Source: an uncultured Polynucleobacter sp.
GTDB taxonomy: Bacteria > Pseudomonadota > Gammaproteobacteria > Burkholderiales > Burkholderiaceae
DNA: 48,721 nt
Direction of reading: 5' to 3'
Assembly: GCA_964343765.1 (NCBI GenBank)
Contig: CAYFKO010000001.1
Coordinates: 1-48,721, forward strand
Positions 1 through 12,434 of the stretch are shown piece by piece (the first letter of the stretch is position 1; each line of letters starts with the position of its first letter). The position numbers and the translations under genes are program-made. Below the pieces are notes generated by a model that saw nothing but the letters and a program-made list of their open reading frames with translations, made no database searches and was not told the DNA's origin.

Positions 1-1963
1 GCTCAATCTTTGCAATAGTTCGAGCAAATAAGCGGCTAGTCTCAACTAATTCGGCCGCCAACAACCAAGACCCCGCTTTTTTACCTAGGGTCGACCCAGG
101 CCAAATACTTAGCTTGATTCCACGGGCTCCCTCATACACATTCTCATCATCAGATTTTTTAGCGATATTGCCCAACAATCCAGTCAAGATTGAAATATGC
201 ACCTGCTCATAAGTTGCAGCTAAAGTATTCTCTTTCCACCCCTGCTCCATCAGCAGCCGATGGAGCTGCCCATGCACATCTCGCCACTCGCGCATACGCC
301 TTGGAGAAATGAAATTTGTACGGCATAAATTTTCTAACTGCCGATTACTTTGCTTGTGCGTCAAAGCATCTTGATACCAATCCCATAACTTCACATAACT
401 TAAAAATTCAGATTTTTCATCGGCTAAGCGTCGATGGGCGGCATCCGCTTGTTGCGCCTGATCCATTGGTCGATCTCGTGGATCCTGACTACTCATAGCT
501 GAGGCAATAATTAACACCTCTCGTAAGGCATGATTATCTTTCGCCGCCAATAACATCCTGCCAATCCGTGGATCAAGGGGCAATTGAGCTAAACGCTTTC
601 CAAGTGGCGTTAATAATCCTTCTTTTCCACCTTCGCTTTGAACTGACTCTAAGGCACCCAACTCCTCGAGCAATTGCACACCATCACTAATTGCCCTACC
701 TAAGGGAGGTTGAATAAATGGAAACTCTTGTATCTTAGATAACTTAAGGGAAACCATCCTCAGAATGACGGCTGCTAATGAACTCCTCAGTATCTCTGGA
801 TCAGTAAATGCTGGACGTGATTTGTAATCTTCTTCTTCATACAAACGAATACAAATGCCATCTGACACCCGACCACATCGACCCGCTCTCTGATTGGCTG
901 CGGCTTGAGAAATTGGTTCAACCTGCAACTGCTCTACTTTATTCCGATAGGAATACCGCTTAATTCGGGCCAACCCTGCATCAATCACAAATCGTATACC
1001 CGGAACTGTTAATGACGTCTCTGCGACGTTAGTTGCCAACACGATTCGCCTTGCCCCGCTCACTTGAAATACTCGTTCTTGCTCATTAACCGACTGACGA
1101 GCGAATAAACTCAAAATTTCAGGATGAAATCTTTGATTTAAAAAATGATCCTTACGCAACGCTTCGGCGCAATCTCGAATCTCTCGCTCCCCTGGCAAAA
1201 ACACCAATACATCTCCCGCACCTGATGCACCCTCCCGCCATATTTCTGAAATTGCATCAATCACCGCATCGGGAATTTCTGCCGGCTCCTTTTGACCATC
1301 TTTTAAAAGTGGTCGATAGCGAATTTCCACTGGATACAGACGACCACTCACTTCAATTATTGGAGCTTTTTGCTCTCCAATCGAAAAATGTTCGGAAAAT
1401 TTCTCAGCATCGATCGTTGCTGAGGTAATGATGATTTTTAAATCAGGCCTCTTTGGCAATAGTTGACGTAAATAACCAAGTAAGAAATCGATATTCAAGC
1501 TTCGCTCATGCGCTTCATCGATGATGATCGTGTCATACGCCATGAGCATTGGATCGTTCTGCGTCTCTGCTAGCAAAATACCATCTGTCATCAGCTTAAT
1601 TGATGCACTACTTGATGTTTTATCCGCAAATCGAACCTGATACCCAACATCCTGCCCCAGAGGCGTCTTTAGCTCCTCAGCGATACGTTTTGCAGTTGAC
1701 GTTGCAGCTATTCGTCTTGGCTGAGTGTGACCAATTAATTTGCCGGTGCCATTTGCCCGCCCTCGCCCCATCGCTAAGCATATCTTTGGCAATTGGGTCG
1801 TTTTTCCGGACCCTGTCTCCCCGCAAACAATAATCACTTGATTCGCTAAGAGCGCCTCCATAATGACCTGTCGCTGGCCAGAAACAGGCAACACCTCAGG
1901 AAACTCAAGGTGAATGTCTGTTTTTACCAACTTTAATTCGGGATTTTTAACGCGTTTATCCAT
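1..1963 (-). CDS. hrpA: ATP-dependent RNA helicase HrpA (DEAH box); 3' part runs off the left window edge
   Basis: Manual minus-strand translation from ATG 1963 gives MDKRVKNPELKLVKTDIHLEFPEVLPVSGQRQ...CGETGSGKTTQLPKIC (Walker A). DEAHERS lies near 1500-1520, followed by TSAT and QRAGRCGR (near 870-892). It is missing from the ORF track, consistent with no stop codon inside the window. Confidence 0.95.
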   Translation of the reverse strand, partial: MDKRVKNPELKLVKTDIHLEFPEVLPVSGQRQVIMEALLANQVIIVCGETGSGKTTQLPKICLAMGRGRANGTGKLIGHTQPRRIAATSTAKRIAEELKTPLGQDVGYQVRFADKTSSSASIKLMTDGILLAETQNDPMLMAYDTIIIDEAHERSLNIDFLLGYLRQLLPKRPDLKIIITSATIDAEKFSEHFSIGEQKAPIIEVSGRLYPVEIRYRPLLKDGQKEPAEIPDAVIDAISEIWREGASGAGDVLVFLPGEREIRDCAEALRKDHFLNQRFHPEILSLFARQSVNEQERVFQVSGARRIVLATNVAETSLTVPGIRFVIDAGLARIKRYSYRNKVEQLQVEPISQAAANQRAGRCGRVSDGICIRLYEEEDYKSRPAFTDPEILRSSLAAVILRMVSLKLSKIQEFPFIQPPLGRAISDGVQLLEELGALESVQSEGGKEGLLTPLGKRLAQLPLDPRIGRMLLAAKDNHALREVLIIASAMSSQDPRDRPMDQAQQADAAHRRLADEKSEFLSYVKLWDWYQDALTHKQSNRQLENLCRTNFISPRRMREWRDVHGQLHRLLMEQGWKENTLAATYEQVHISILTGLLGNIAKKSDDENVYEGARGIKLSIWPGSTLGKKAGSWLLAAELVETSRLFARTIAKIE

Positions 1964-1985
1964 ATGCACCCTATAATTTTCGCTT

Positions 1986-3356
1986 ATGTCGAGCAAATCC
2001 AACAAAAACACCTCAAATTCCATTCCTGCTAACGATGGCGACTCGTTCCCATTCGTAAGCTGGTTACGTGATGTTGCCCCCTATATTCACTCTTTTCATG
2101 GCAAAACCTTTGTCATTGCCTTTGCTGGCGAACTTGCAACAGATGGCGACTTAGAGAACCTCATTGAAGACGTTGCCATGCTGCACGCCATGGGAATGAG
2201 AATTGTTCTTGTACATGGCTCACGCCCTCAAATTCAAGAACAGTTAGCCCTGAGAAATATGGAAGCTCACTATGGGACTGGCCAAATGTTGGGCTATCGG
2301 ATTACAGATGCCGCAGCAATGGAGTGCGTTAAAGAGGCTGTAGGCGAACTTCGCTTAGATATTGAGGCATCTTTTAGTCAAGGCTTACCCAATACACCAA
2401 TGGCCGGCTCTCGCATTTCAGTAATCTCCGGCAACTTTATTACCGCAAGACCCGTTGGCATTGTTGAAGGTGTTGACTTTATTCACACCGGTCTTGTTCG
2501 TAAGGTGGATCATGAATCTATCAAGATGTCATTGGATCACAACAAAATTGTCCTGCTTTCACCCCTTGGATTCTCTCCAACGGGGCAAGCCTTTAACCTC
2601 GCGTACGAGGACGTTGCTGCGGCAACTGCCATGGCGTTAAAAGCCGATAAACTTATTTTCCTATCAAGCGTTGAAGGACTTCGATCTGCTGAGGGTGAAG
2701 CAATCGCAGAAATGTCATTACCCCAACTCGATCAATATCTCAACACTAAAACTCCCAATCACGGTGAATTGAGATCACTTCTCTTAACCGCTTCTAAAGC
2801 TCTAAAAATGGGGGTTAGCCGCGTGCACCTTCTGCCTCATAATCGCGATGGGGCCTTATTAGAGGAGCTATTTACCCACGATGGTATTGGCACCATGATT
2901 GCTTCTTCAGATATCGAAAATCTTCGTGAAGCAAACATGGACGATATTGGGGGTATTCTGCAAATTATCGGACCACTTGAGGAGGATGGTGTTCTTGCCC
3001 CTCGTGGTAGAGCTGTTCTTGAACGGGATATTTCGCATTTCTCCGTCATTGAACATGACCGCGTATTGTTTGGTTGCGCCGCTCTCTTCCCATTTAATAA
3101 AGATATTGGCGAATTGGCCTGTTTAGCAGTCGATCCGGATGCCCAAGGTACAGGCGACGGCGAACGCTTGCTAAAAAGGATTGAGGCACGCGCCAAAGAA
3201 TTGGGCTTGAAAAAACTATTTGTTCTTACAACCAGAACCGAACATTGGTTCTTAAAACGCGGCTTTGTTAAAGCGAGCGTTGATGATCTACCAGAAGAGC
3301 GTCGCTCCCTATACAACTGGGATCGTAAATCAATGGTACTCATCAAAACTCTTTAA
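1986..3356 (+). CDS. argA: Amino-acid N-acetyltransferase (N-acetylglutamate synthase)
   Basis: [21 protein letters not shown] and VHGSRPQI in the kinase-like domain; C-terminal GNAT domain ([26 protein letters not shown]). Confidence 0.96.
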   Translation: MSSKSNKNTSNSIPANDGDSFPFVSWLRDVAPYIHSFHGKTFVIAFAGELATDGDLENLIEDVAMLHAMGMRIVLVHGSRPQIQEQLALRNMEAHYGTGQMLGYRITDAAAMECVKEAVGELRLDIEASFSQGLPNTPMAGSRISVISGNFITARPVGIVEGVDFIHTGLVRKVDHESIKMSLDHNKIVLLSPLGFSPTGQAFNLAYEDVAAATAMALKADKLIFLSSVEGLRSAEGEAIAEMSLPQLDQYLNTKTPNHGELRSLLLTASKALKMGVSRVHLLPHNRDGALLEELFTHDGIGTMIASSDIENLREANMDDIGGILQIIGPLEEDGVLAPRGRAVLERDISHFSVIEHDRVLFGCAALFPFNKDIGELACLAVDPDAQGTGDGERLLKRIEARAKELGLKKLFVLTTRTEHWFLKRGFVKASVDDLPEERRSLYNWDRKSMVLIKTL

Positions 3357-3394
3357 TTTTCTTTACAATCTGCCCATTATTGGGAGAATTTGAT

Positions 3395-3661
3395 ATGGCA
3401 AGAACCGTACACTGCATTAAATTAAATAAGGAAGCTGAGGGCCTTGATTTCGCGCCAGTTCCTGGTGAACTTGGCAAAAAAATCTGGCAAAGCGTATCTA
3501 AGGAAGCTTGGGGCGCTTGGCTTAAACAGCAAACCATGCTCATTAACGAAAACCGCTTGAATATGGCAGATGCCCGCGCTCGCCAATACCTACTGAAACA
3601 AACAGAAAAGTATTTTTTCGGCGAAGGTGCTGACACCGCCAGCGGCTATGTTCCAGAATAA
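3395..3661 (+). CDS. yggX: Fe(II)-trafficking / oxidative damage protection protein
   Basis: [46 protein letters not shown] 3395 follows a GGAG SD, so I prefer it to the TTG at 3380 in the ORF track. Confidence 0.93.
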   Translation: MARTVHCIKLNKEAEGLDFAPVPGELGKKIWQSVSKEAWGAWLKQQTMLINENRLNMADARARQYLLKQTEKYFFGEGADTASGYVPE

Positions 3662-3663
3662 TT

Positions 3664-4359
3664 CTAGAACTTAATACTTCCAACCCCTGACTCTGAGCCG
3701 ACCAATAATAGGTCGGCTTTTCGTTTGGCAAAAATACCGTTACAAATTACGCCCGGGATTTGATTGATTTGCGCTTCCAACTCCAAAGGACTGCTAATTT
3801 TTAATCCCTTGATGTCCAAAATCCACCCTTGGTTATCCGTGACCAAAGGCTTGCTTGGATCTGACTTGGACATACGCAACTGAATTTCTCCTCCGGTAAG
3901 ACTCTGTAAAGCCCGCTTGATTTGCGATGCAGCCATCGGGATTACTTCGATAGGCAATGGAAATGCACCCAAAACATTCACCTGCTTGCTTGAATCACAA
4001 ATACAAATAAATCGTGAGGCTAATTGCGCAACAATCTTCTCACGGGTTAAGGCTGCACCTCCCCCCTTAATCATGTGCCCCTCAGGATCGATCTCATCAG
4101 CACCATCCACATAAACTGGAAGAGACTCCACATCGTTAGCTTCATACACTTTAAAGCCATGTTGTTGTAATCGTTCTGTACTTGCGAGTGAACTCGAAAC
4201 AGCACCCGCAAAATGATTACGATGCTCCGCCAAGGCGTCTATAAATAAATTAGCGGTTGAACCAGTCCCAATCCCAATAATTTGTCCGGGCCCCACCGTC
4301 GCCATAACTTCGTCTTTGGCGGCATTCGCTACTAACGCTTTAAGTTCATCTTGATTCAT
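3664..4359 (-). CDS. rpiA: Ribose-5-phosphate isomerase A
   Basis: GIGTGST, YVDGADE and KGGGAALTREKIVA motifs; likely ATG start at 4359 (MNQDELK). Confidence 0.96.
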   Translation of the reverse strand: MNQDELKALVANAAKDEVMATVGPGQIIGIGTGSTANLFIDALAEHRNHFAGAVSSSLASTERLQQHGFKVYEANDVESLPVYVDGADEIDPEGHMIKGGGAALTREKIVAQLASRFICICDSSKQVNVLGAFPLPIEVIPMAASQIKRALQSLTGGEIQLRMSKSDPSKPLVTDNQGWILDIKGLKISSPLELEAQINQIPGVICNGIFAKRKADLLLVGSESGVGSIKF

Positions 4360-4442
4360 ATTTACACTATTTATTTCGGTAATTGTCAAAGTTTAATCCC
4401 TTCTTTCACTATACAGCCATGACAACGGGATAAAATAGAAAG

Positions 4443-5387
4443 ATGAACCTTCTTGACCAATTAAAACAAGTAACCACAGTGGTTGCCGATACCGGCGATT
4501 TTGAACGCATGCGCGAATTCAAGCCGCAAGATGCCACCACAAATCCTTCGTTAATCCTAAAAGCGGCTCTTTTACCTAATTACATCAATCTGATCGAATC
4601 AGTTAAAAAAGAAGCCAGTGGAAAACCGGTTGATCAAGTTATTGATGCCCTTTTAGTGGCTTTTGGCATTGAGATTTTGAAGATTGTTCCTGGTCGAGTT
4701 TCAACGGAGGTAGATGCTCGTTTATCGTTTGATACCGATGCCACTATTCAAAAAGCCCGCGAAATTATTAAGCTTTACGAAAATAAGGGCATTGCTCGTG
4801 AACGAGTTTTAATCAAAATTGCGAGCACATGGGAAGGCATTCAGGCTGCAAAGATACTTCAGGCTGAAGGAATTCATTGCAATATGACTTTGCTTTTTAG
4901 CTTAATCCAAGCTGCAGCTTGCGCAGAGGCTAAGGCTCAACTCATCTCGCCTTTTGTTGGACGCATTACAGATTGGCATAAAAAACAACTTGGCAGCAAT
5001 TGGAATGACTCAATCAACGGGGGGGCGAATGACCCTGGAGTTCTCTCTGTTCGCTCAATTTTTAATTACTATAAATATTTCAATATTCAAACTGAAGTTA
5101 TGGGCGCTAGCTTTCGCAATATTGAGCAAATTAAAAATCTAGCTGGATGCGATCTTTTAACAATTAGCCCAGAACTTCTTGGCGAGCTCCAAAAGACCGA
5201 GGGAACTTTATCTGTTGCTCTAAGCGCCTCTGAAGCCAAAACATTTAAATTAAATGCCTTAAATACTTCAGAAAAAGCCTTCCGCTATCAATTAAATGCT
5301 GATGCAATGGCTACCGAAAAATTAGCAGAAGGCATACGTTTATTCTGTATCGATATCGAAAAGCTTGAAGCTACACTCACGAGCTAA
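4443..5387 (+). CDS. tal: Transaldolase
   Basis: [46 protein letters not shown] and VMGASFR motifs. Confidence 0.97.
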   Translation: MNLLDQLKQVTTVVADTGDFERMREFKPQDATTNPSLILKAALLPNYINLIESVKKEASGKPVDQVIDALLVAFGIEILKIVPGRVSTEVDARLSFDTDATIQKAREIIKLYENKGIARERVLIKIASTWEGIQAAKILQAEGIHCNMTLLFSLIQAAACAEAKAQLISPFVGRITDWHKKQLGSNWNDSINGGANDPGVLSVRSIFNYYKYFNIQTEVMGASFRNIEQIKNLAGCDLLTISPELLGELQKTEGTLSVALSASEAKTFKLNALNTSEKAFRYQLNADAMATEKLAEGIRLFCIDIEKLEATLTS

Positions 5388-5395
5388 GATTGCAA

Positions 5396-6145
5396 TTAAG
5401 CTGTCTTAGCAAGCCTTTGGCGTCTTGCTTCGTATAAAGCTACGCCACTTGCGACCGATACATTTAAACTTTCAACTCCACCCATCATTGGGATGCTAAC
5501 GAGCTCATCACACGTTTCCTTTGTAAGGCGTCGCATACCCTCACCCTCAGCACCCATCACGAGAGCCACCGAACCCGTTAAATCAATGTCGTAAAGTGTT
5601 TTTTCAACAGCATCTGCAGCACCGACAACCCAAACACCCGCCTCTTGTAACTCACGAATTGCTCTTGCTAAATTGGTTACCGCCACAAATGGCATCGTTT
5701 CCGCGGCACCACTTGCCACCTTACTCACCGTACTGTTAAGTTGTGCGGAACGATCTTTGGGAACAATCACAGCATCAGCCCCCGCTCCATCCGCAACTCG
5801 TAAACAGGCTCCTAAATTATGCGGATCAGTAACGCCGTCGAGAATTAAAAATAAGGCAGGTTCACCGGATAAACCATCCAATAGCTCGCCGATGGTACGA
5901 GCAACCGCTGCGGGCTCCGCAAAAGCCACCACACCCTGATGACGGTCATGACCTGCTAATGTTCTCAAACGCTCAGTGTCAGCTTGATGAAGCCTTCGTC
6001 CTAAGATTGATTCGGCACTTTTTAAGAAATCCTTCATGCGCCTGTCCCGACGTGAGGTATCAAAGTAAACCGTCTTAAGACTTTCAGGAGCCTGACGCAT
6101 ACGCGCTATCACTGCATGAAAACCTACCAAAATTTGTTGCTGCAT
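5396..6145 (-). CDS. rlmB: 23S rRNA Gm2251 2'-O-methyltransferase
   Basis: [27 protein letters not shown] and ESLNVSVA SpoU motifs; lies downstream of rnr. Confidence 0.95.
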   Translation of the reverse strand: MQQQILVGFHAVIARMRQAPESLKTVYFDTSRRDRRMKDFLKSAESILGRRLHQADTERLRTLAGHDRHQGVVAFAEPAAVARTIGELLDGLSGEPALFLILDGVTDPHNLGACLRVADGAGADAVIVPKDRSAQLNSTVSKVASGAAETMPFVAVTNLARAIRELQEAGVWVVGAADAVEKTLYDIDLTGSVALVMGAEGEGMRRLTKETCDELVSIPMMGGVESLNVSVASGVALYEARRQRLAKTA

Positions 6146-8493
6146 TAACGTCTACCTCTAACTTTTTTCCGTGCAATTGGCTTTTCAGCAACCTCTGTGG
6201 ACTTTCGCTTAGCATTACTGCCTGACTTAGCTTTTTTACCACCTCTGGCCGCAGAGGATTTGGCTGATGATCGCTTAGACAATTGCGGTGCCTTTTCTGG
6301 TGGTCGCTTATTTTTAGGCGCCGCCTTTTTATTTGGCTTACCCATATCGTCCATCGTCATTGGCGCTGAAAAACGTCCTCGCTCTTGAGAATTCTTTACC
6401 AAACTAAACTCAATTTTACGCGCATCTAAATCAACTCTCGACACAAGAACGTGAACTCGATCACCTAGACGATATCGAATACCTGTTCGCTCGCCACGCA
6501 ACTCCTGTCGCCCCTCATCGTACTGGAAATAATCGCCGCCTAATTCGGAGATGTGAATTAGACCTTCGACAAATAGTGTTTCTAACTGCACAAATAAGCC
6601 AAAGGTTGTTGCACCGGTAATCGTACCCGCGTACTCTTGACCTAAATGATCTCGCATGAAATAACATTTCAGCCAAGCTTCAACATCCCTTGAGGCCTCG
6701 TCAGCTCGCCGCTCATTTGCGGAACAATGAACTCCAAGTTGCGCCCATACAGCCAAATCGGCAGAACCAGCTGGAGCTTTGCCTTTAGGACCTCGAGATT
6801 GGGCGGTCTTTTTGCCCTTCTCATCAGTAATGTTTTGCTTCACTGCCGCTGTATTAACTCTTCCAGGACCTTTCTTAGGCATCGTTAAATTAAGAGGCAC
6901 CTCTTCAGGAATACTAGGGTGATATACCTTTTTGGACAAAATTGCTTTAATCGCTCGATGCACCAGCAAATCAGGATAGCGACGAATCGGACTTGTGAAG
7001 TGGGTATACGCTGGATACGCCAATCCAAAGTGGCCTTCATTTTCTGGCTGATATACCGCTTGCTGCATTGATCTCAAAATCAATGTCTGTAACATCGCTG
7101 CATCTGGTCGATTTTTGATGGATTCGATTAATTTTGCAAAATCTTGTGGATGAGGCTTTGCACCACCACCTAATGACAAGCCTGCTGTGCGAAGCACATC
7201 CCTTAGGGTCGTAATCTTTTCAGGAGTTGGCTCACCATGCACTCGATACAAGGCTAAATGTTTTTTCTGGCTCAAAAAATCTGCTGAGCACACGTTTGCA
7301 ACCAACATACACTCCTCAATCAGTCGATGAGCGTCATTACGAATTCGTGGCTCAATTCGTTCAATTTTTCCGAATTCATTACTAATGATTTGAGTTTCTG
7401 TCGTCTCAAAATCAATCGCACCTCGTTGATCACGAGACGCCCTTAACACTTGGTAAAGTCGATATAAGTTTTGCAAATGACCTTTGTGCTTTTCGTGTCG
7501 CGCTGCTTCAGGGCCTTTTGTATTACTTAATATATCCCACACAATGTTATAGGTGAATCGCTGCGATGAATGCATCACCCCTGGGTAGAACTGATATGCG
7601 CGAATAACGCCCTTTGCATCCACCACCGCATCACAGACCATACAAAGTCTATCTACTTCAGGCTTTAGTGAGCATAGCCCATTTGAGATTTTTTCCGGCA
7701 ACATTGGAATAACCCGACGCGGGAAATACACCGAAGTGCCTCGACGTATGGCATCTGCATCAAGCGGATGGCCAGGTTTTACATAGTGCGATACGTCCGC
7801 AATTGCAACAATTAATCGCCACGCTTTACTTTTCTGATAAGTAATCGGTTCGCAATAAACTGCATCATCAAAATCTCGCGCATCTTCACCATCAATAGTC
7901 ACTAACGGAATATCTCTAAGATCAACCCGACCCTCTAAGTCATCTTGCCTCACTCCATCAGGCAATGCCGCGGCTTCTTTAATAGTGGCCGGTGAAAATT
8001 CGTGTGGGACACCATATTTTCTAACAGCGATTTCGATTTCCATACCAGGATCATCAATCTCACCTAGAACTTCTACCACCTTACCAACCGCCTGCCGATA
8101 GGAATCTGGGTAATCAATAATCTCGACACTAACAACTTGACCTAATTTCGCATTGGCATGACCTTTCGGCGGTATTAGGATGTCATGGGAGATACGTTTA
8201 TCCTCTGGAGCAACAATCAACACGCCATTTTCATTCAACAAACGTCCAATAACAAAACGATTGGCACGCTCCACTACTTCTGAAATTTGACCCTCAGGCC
8301 GACCTCTTCGGTCTGTTCCCAAAATTCTGACCTTGACCCGATCTCCATGCATCACCCGAGACATTTCTCGTTCGGTCAAAAAGATATCTTCTTTTCCATC
8401 ATCAGGAATAACGAAACCAAAACCGTCTCGATGCCCCTGAACCGTCCCTAAACGGTCTTCTTTTTTAGCGCTTAAGCTGGTTTGCTTTGTCAT
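6145..8493 (-). CDS. rnr: Ribonuclease R
   Basis: GHRDGFGF cold-shock domain, [13 protein letters not shown] (RNB active site), [12 protein letters not shown]1 domain and a K/R-rich C-terminal tail. Confidence 0.96.
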   Translation of the reverse strand: MTKQTSLSAKKEDRLGTVQGHRDGFGFVIPDDGKEDIFLTEREMSRVMHGDRVKVRILGTDRRGRPEGQISEVVERANRFVIGRLLNENGVLIVAPEDKRISHDILIPPKGHANAKLGQVVSVEIIDYPDSYRQAVGKVVEVLGEIDDPGMEIEIAVRKYGVPHEFSPATIKEAAALPDGVRQDDLEGRVDLRDIPLVTIDGEDARDFDDAVYCEPITYQKSKAWRLIVAIADVSHYVKPGHPLDADAIRRGTSVYFPRRVIPMLPEKISNGLCSLKPEVDRLCMVCDAVVDAKGVIRAYQFYPGVMHSSQRFTYNIVWDILSNTKGPEAARHEKHKGHLQNLYRLYQVLRASRDQRGAIDFETTETQIISNEFGKIERIEPRIRNDAHRLIEECMLVANVCSADFLSQKKHLALYRVHGEPTPEKITTLRDVLRTAGLSLGGGAKPHPQDFAKLIESIKNRPDAAMLQTLILRSMQQAVYQPENEGHFGLAYPAYTHFTSPIRRYPDLLVHRAIKAILSKKVYHPSIPEEVPLNLTMPKKGPGRVNTAAVKQNITDEKGKKTAQSRGPKGKAPAGSADLAVWAQLGVHCSANERRADEASRDVEAWLKCYFMRDHLGQEYAGTITGATTFGLFVQLETLFVEGLIHISELGGDYFQYDEGRQELRGERTGIRYRLGDRVHVLVSRVDLDARKIEFSLVKNSQERGRFSAPMTMDDMGKPNKKAAPKNKRPPEKAPQLSKRSSAKSSAARGGKKAKSGSNAKRKSTEVAEKPIARKKVRGRR

Positions 8494-8623
8494 CTTTACC
8501 TAATTAAATACTTTATTGGGATTATGTCCCTAATTTAACCTATTTGTTTGACAAGAACTCGAAATCAGGTGAATTAAGTCTTTTTTGGTGTGGCAGCCGA
8601 TAGGTGTATAGTTACGACCTCGT

Positions 8624-8710
8624 GCCCAGGTGGCGAAATTGGTAGACGCACCAGCTTCAGGTGCTGGCGACTTCACGGTCGTGGGGGTTCGAGTCCCTTC
8701 CTGGGCACCA
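8624..8710 (+). tRNA. tRNA-Leu (anticodon CAG)
   Basis: GCCCAGG/CCTGGGC acceptor stem ending in ACCA; D arm TGGCGAAATTGGTAGACGC; anticodon arm CCAGC-TTCAGGT-GCTGG; long variable arm; T loop GTTCGAGTC. Confidence 0.96.
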
Positions 8711-8774
8711 CCTCTAAAAGTTGTTTTTTAAATGTTTTGCTATAGTTAACCTTATAAAACTATAAAGTGAGACT

Positions 8775-9830
8775 ATGCGAACACTGCAGTATCAAGAATT
8801 AATTGACCACTCAATTGAACTTCTCGAATTAATTGGCTCTAGTTCAGTCGAGGCAAACCGGGTAGCAAGCAACTTAGTAATGGCTAATTTAAGCGGCCAC
8901 GACTCTCACGGGGTTGGCATGCTTCCGAGATACGCTGAATCCTATCTTGAAGGCTGCCTTCAGCCTAATACGAGTTATCGCATCCTGAATGATCTTGGAG
9001 CACTCATTGCACTAGATGGACAACGAGGATTTGGCCAAATTGTAGGTGAAGATGCGATGAGCCTAGGAATTGACCGCGCTAATCAGTTAGGCTCATGCAT
9101 TTTATCGATTGCTAATGCTCATCATTTAGGTCGTATCGGACATTTTGCTGAACAAGTTGCTGAGGCCGGGCTGGTTTCTATTCACTTAGTTAACGTTCTC
9201 TCTTCACCTGCTGTGGCAATTTGGGGTGGAAGCGATGGTCGACATGGCACCAATCCTTTTTGCATTGGCGTCCCAGTCATTAATCAAAAGCCTTTTATCC
9301 TAGACTTTGCTACTAGCCTAGTTGCTCAAGGCAAGATGCGTGTAGCCCATAATTCAGGAAAATCCGTTGAACCAGGAATTTTGCTCGACAGCAATGGCAA
9401 ACCCACTACTGATCCAAGTGTTGTCGTTGTTCCTAACGATCAAGGAAAAATGGGGGCAATCCTACCCTTTGGTGAACATAAAGGCTCTGGCCTTGCCGTT
9501 GCTTGCGAATTGCTTGGCGGCGCACTCACAGGTAGCGGTACCTTAAAATATCGTAAAGCACCTGGCCGCGGAGTCATTAATGGCATGCTCTCAATTTTGA
9601 TTAAACCGAATGCTATAGGCCCACAATCTCAATTTGAAACTGAAGTTATGGGCTTCATTGAAGCAGCCAAACAAACCAAACCAGCTGCTAATGTTGATTC
9701 TGTGTTGCTTGCAGGTGAGCCAGAACAACTAAAGCGAATTGAACGCATGAAAAATGGCATAGAGATTGACGATCAAACCTGGGAAGAAATCTTAGGCGCC
9801 AAACAAAAAGTACTTGATGCAAAAAAATAA
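8775..9830 (+). CDS. Ldh_2-family (malate/L-lactate/ureidoglycolate) dehydrogenase, YbiC/HcxB-like
   Basis: ANLSGHDSHGVGM, DGQRGFGQ, HHLGRIG, GTNPFC, LDFATS..AQGK and FGEHKGSGLA motifs; substrate cannot be determined from sequence. Confidence 0.85.
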   Translation: MRTLQYQELIDHSIELLELIGSSSVEANRVASNLVMANLSGHDSHGVGMLPRYAESYLEGCLQPNTSYRILNDLGALIALDGQRGFGQIVGEDAMSLGIDRANQLGSCILSIANAHHLGRIGHFAEQVAEAGLVSIHLVNVLSSPAVAIWGGSDGRHGTNPFCIGVPVINQKPFILDFATSLVAQGKMRVAHNSGKSVEPGILLDSNGKPTTDPSVVVVPNDQGKMGAILPFGEHKGSGLAVACELLGGALTGSGTLKYRKAPGRGVINGMLSILIKPNAIGPQSQFETEVMGFIEAAKQTKPAANVDSVLLAGEPEQLKRIERMKNGIEIDDQTWEEILGAKQKVLDAKK

Positions 9831-9852
9831 GGCAAGCATGCGCTTGCCTTAT
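9821..9852 (-). terminator. Intrinsic terminator hairpin for purA, possibly bidirectional
   Basis: ATAAGGCAAGC-ATGC-GCTTGCCTTAT inverted repeat (9827-9852); the plus-strand A-run at 9821-9827 gives a U-tract on the minus strand. Confidence 0.7.
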
Positions 9853-9869
9853 GGTTAAATCGATTCATC

Positions 9870-11222
<1,353 letters not shown>

Positions 11223-11257
11223 TTAAAAAAATAATTTCCGATGATGAACAAAGGTAA

Positions 11258-12430
11258 TTAACGAACGTTTTTTACTACTTGCCACTGACCTTCTTTTAAT
11301 ACTAATTCACGATCACATCTGAATTCTTGCGCATCTTGATTACTACCAGGCAACAACTGAATAACAACCTCACCAGCTTCTCTCAACTTAGCAATCGCTG
11401 CCTTAAGAGACTGATCATCCGACCAAGGAGCCAATACAGCGGTTTTTCTAGCATCAACTTTTGATAATCTTGCAACAGCCAAAAGATCTAATGAAAATCC
11501 TGTAGCCGGGCGTGATCGCCCAAATGCTCGACCGACTTGATCGTATCGACCTCCTCGCGCTACCGCTACCGGTAATTCCGAGACAAAAGCCGAGCACATT
11601 ACCCCAGTGTGATACTGATATCCACGCAAATCTGCTAAATCAATCGTGATTTTCGGCTTGCTACTCAAAGTTTTTAAAGAATCAGCTAAGCGCGTTAATT
11701 CGGTTAATGCTTCTTCAATCGCTAAAGACTTAGGTAAAACTTGACGAGCTTTTGCAACAACGGCATCGGCCTCACCACTCAACTCCAAAAGTCCTAATAC
11801 TGACAAAGCTGCTTCTTTTGGCCATTCAGCAACAATCCCTTTTAAACTTGCGGCGTCTTTAGCCGCTAGCGCTTGATATAAAGCCTGCTGCTCATCATCC
11901 GTCATCTTAAGATCAGCTGTTAAAGCCGTTACCAACGAAGCATGACTCAAATCCAAGGTAACCTGACCTAGTTGAGCTTGAGTTAGAACCTCCAACATCA
12001 AAGTCATTACCTCTAAATCTGCTTCCCAACCTGCATGACCATAAACCTCCGCACCTACTTGCAGTTGTTCTCGCAACGACATTCCCGAAGTTACTCGTGT
12101 TTGCAAGGTTGTACCTGCGTAACACAAACGTGTAACGCCTGGACGGTTCAAAAGGTGCGCATCGATTCTAGCGACCTGAGGCGTCATATCTGCACGAACA
12201 CCCATCGTTCTTCCTGATAACTGGTCTACTAATTTAAACATCTGCAAATCTAAATCACTACCCGTTCCAGTTAACAAAGACTCCCTAAATTCAAGCATCG
12301 GCGGAATAACTAGCTCGTAACCATAAGATTGGAATAAATCCAACATGCGTCGGCGCAATTCTTCTACCTTACGCGCCTCAAAAGGCAAAACGTCTGCAAT
12401 GTTTTCAGGAAGTAGCCAACGATTTGTCAT
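11258..12430 (-). CDS. hisZ: ATP phosphoribosyltransferase regulatory subunit
   Basis: WLLPENIADVLP, RADMTPQVARIDAH, RLCYAG, YHTG and GGRYD..G..FGR.RPATGFS motifs; directly upstream of purA. Confidence 0.95.
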   Translation of the reverse strand: MTNRWLLPENIADVLPFEARKVEELRRRMLDLFQSYGYELVIPPMLEFRESLLTGTGSDLDLQMFKLVDQLSGRTMGVRADMTPQVARIDAHLLNRPGVTRLCYAGTTLQTRVTSGMSLREQLQVGAEVYGHAGWEADLEVMTLMLEVLTQAQLGQVTLDLSHASLVTALTADLKMTDDEQQALYQALAAKDAASLKGIVAEWPKEAALSVLGLLELSGEADAVVAKARQVLPKSLAIEEALTELTRLADSLKTLSSKPKITIDLADLRGYQYHTGVMCSAFVSELPVAVARGGRYDQVGRAFGRSRPATGFSLDLLAVARLSKVDARKTAVLAPWSDDQSLKAAIAKLREAGEVVIQLLPGSNQDAQEFRCDRELVLKEGQWQVVKNVR

Positions 12431-12434
12431 GTAC

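Noticed and set aside
316..1833. Three short plus-strand ORFs (316-498, 1225-1428, 1600-1833)
   Set aside because: All are antisense to hrpA, which the ORF track missed because it runs off the window edge.
2837..3346. 169-aa minus-strand ORF
   Set aside because: Antisense shadow entirely within argA, with no recognisable motifs.
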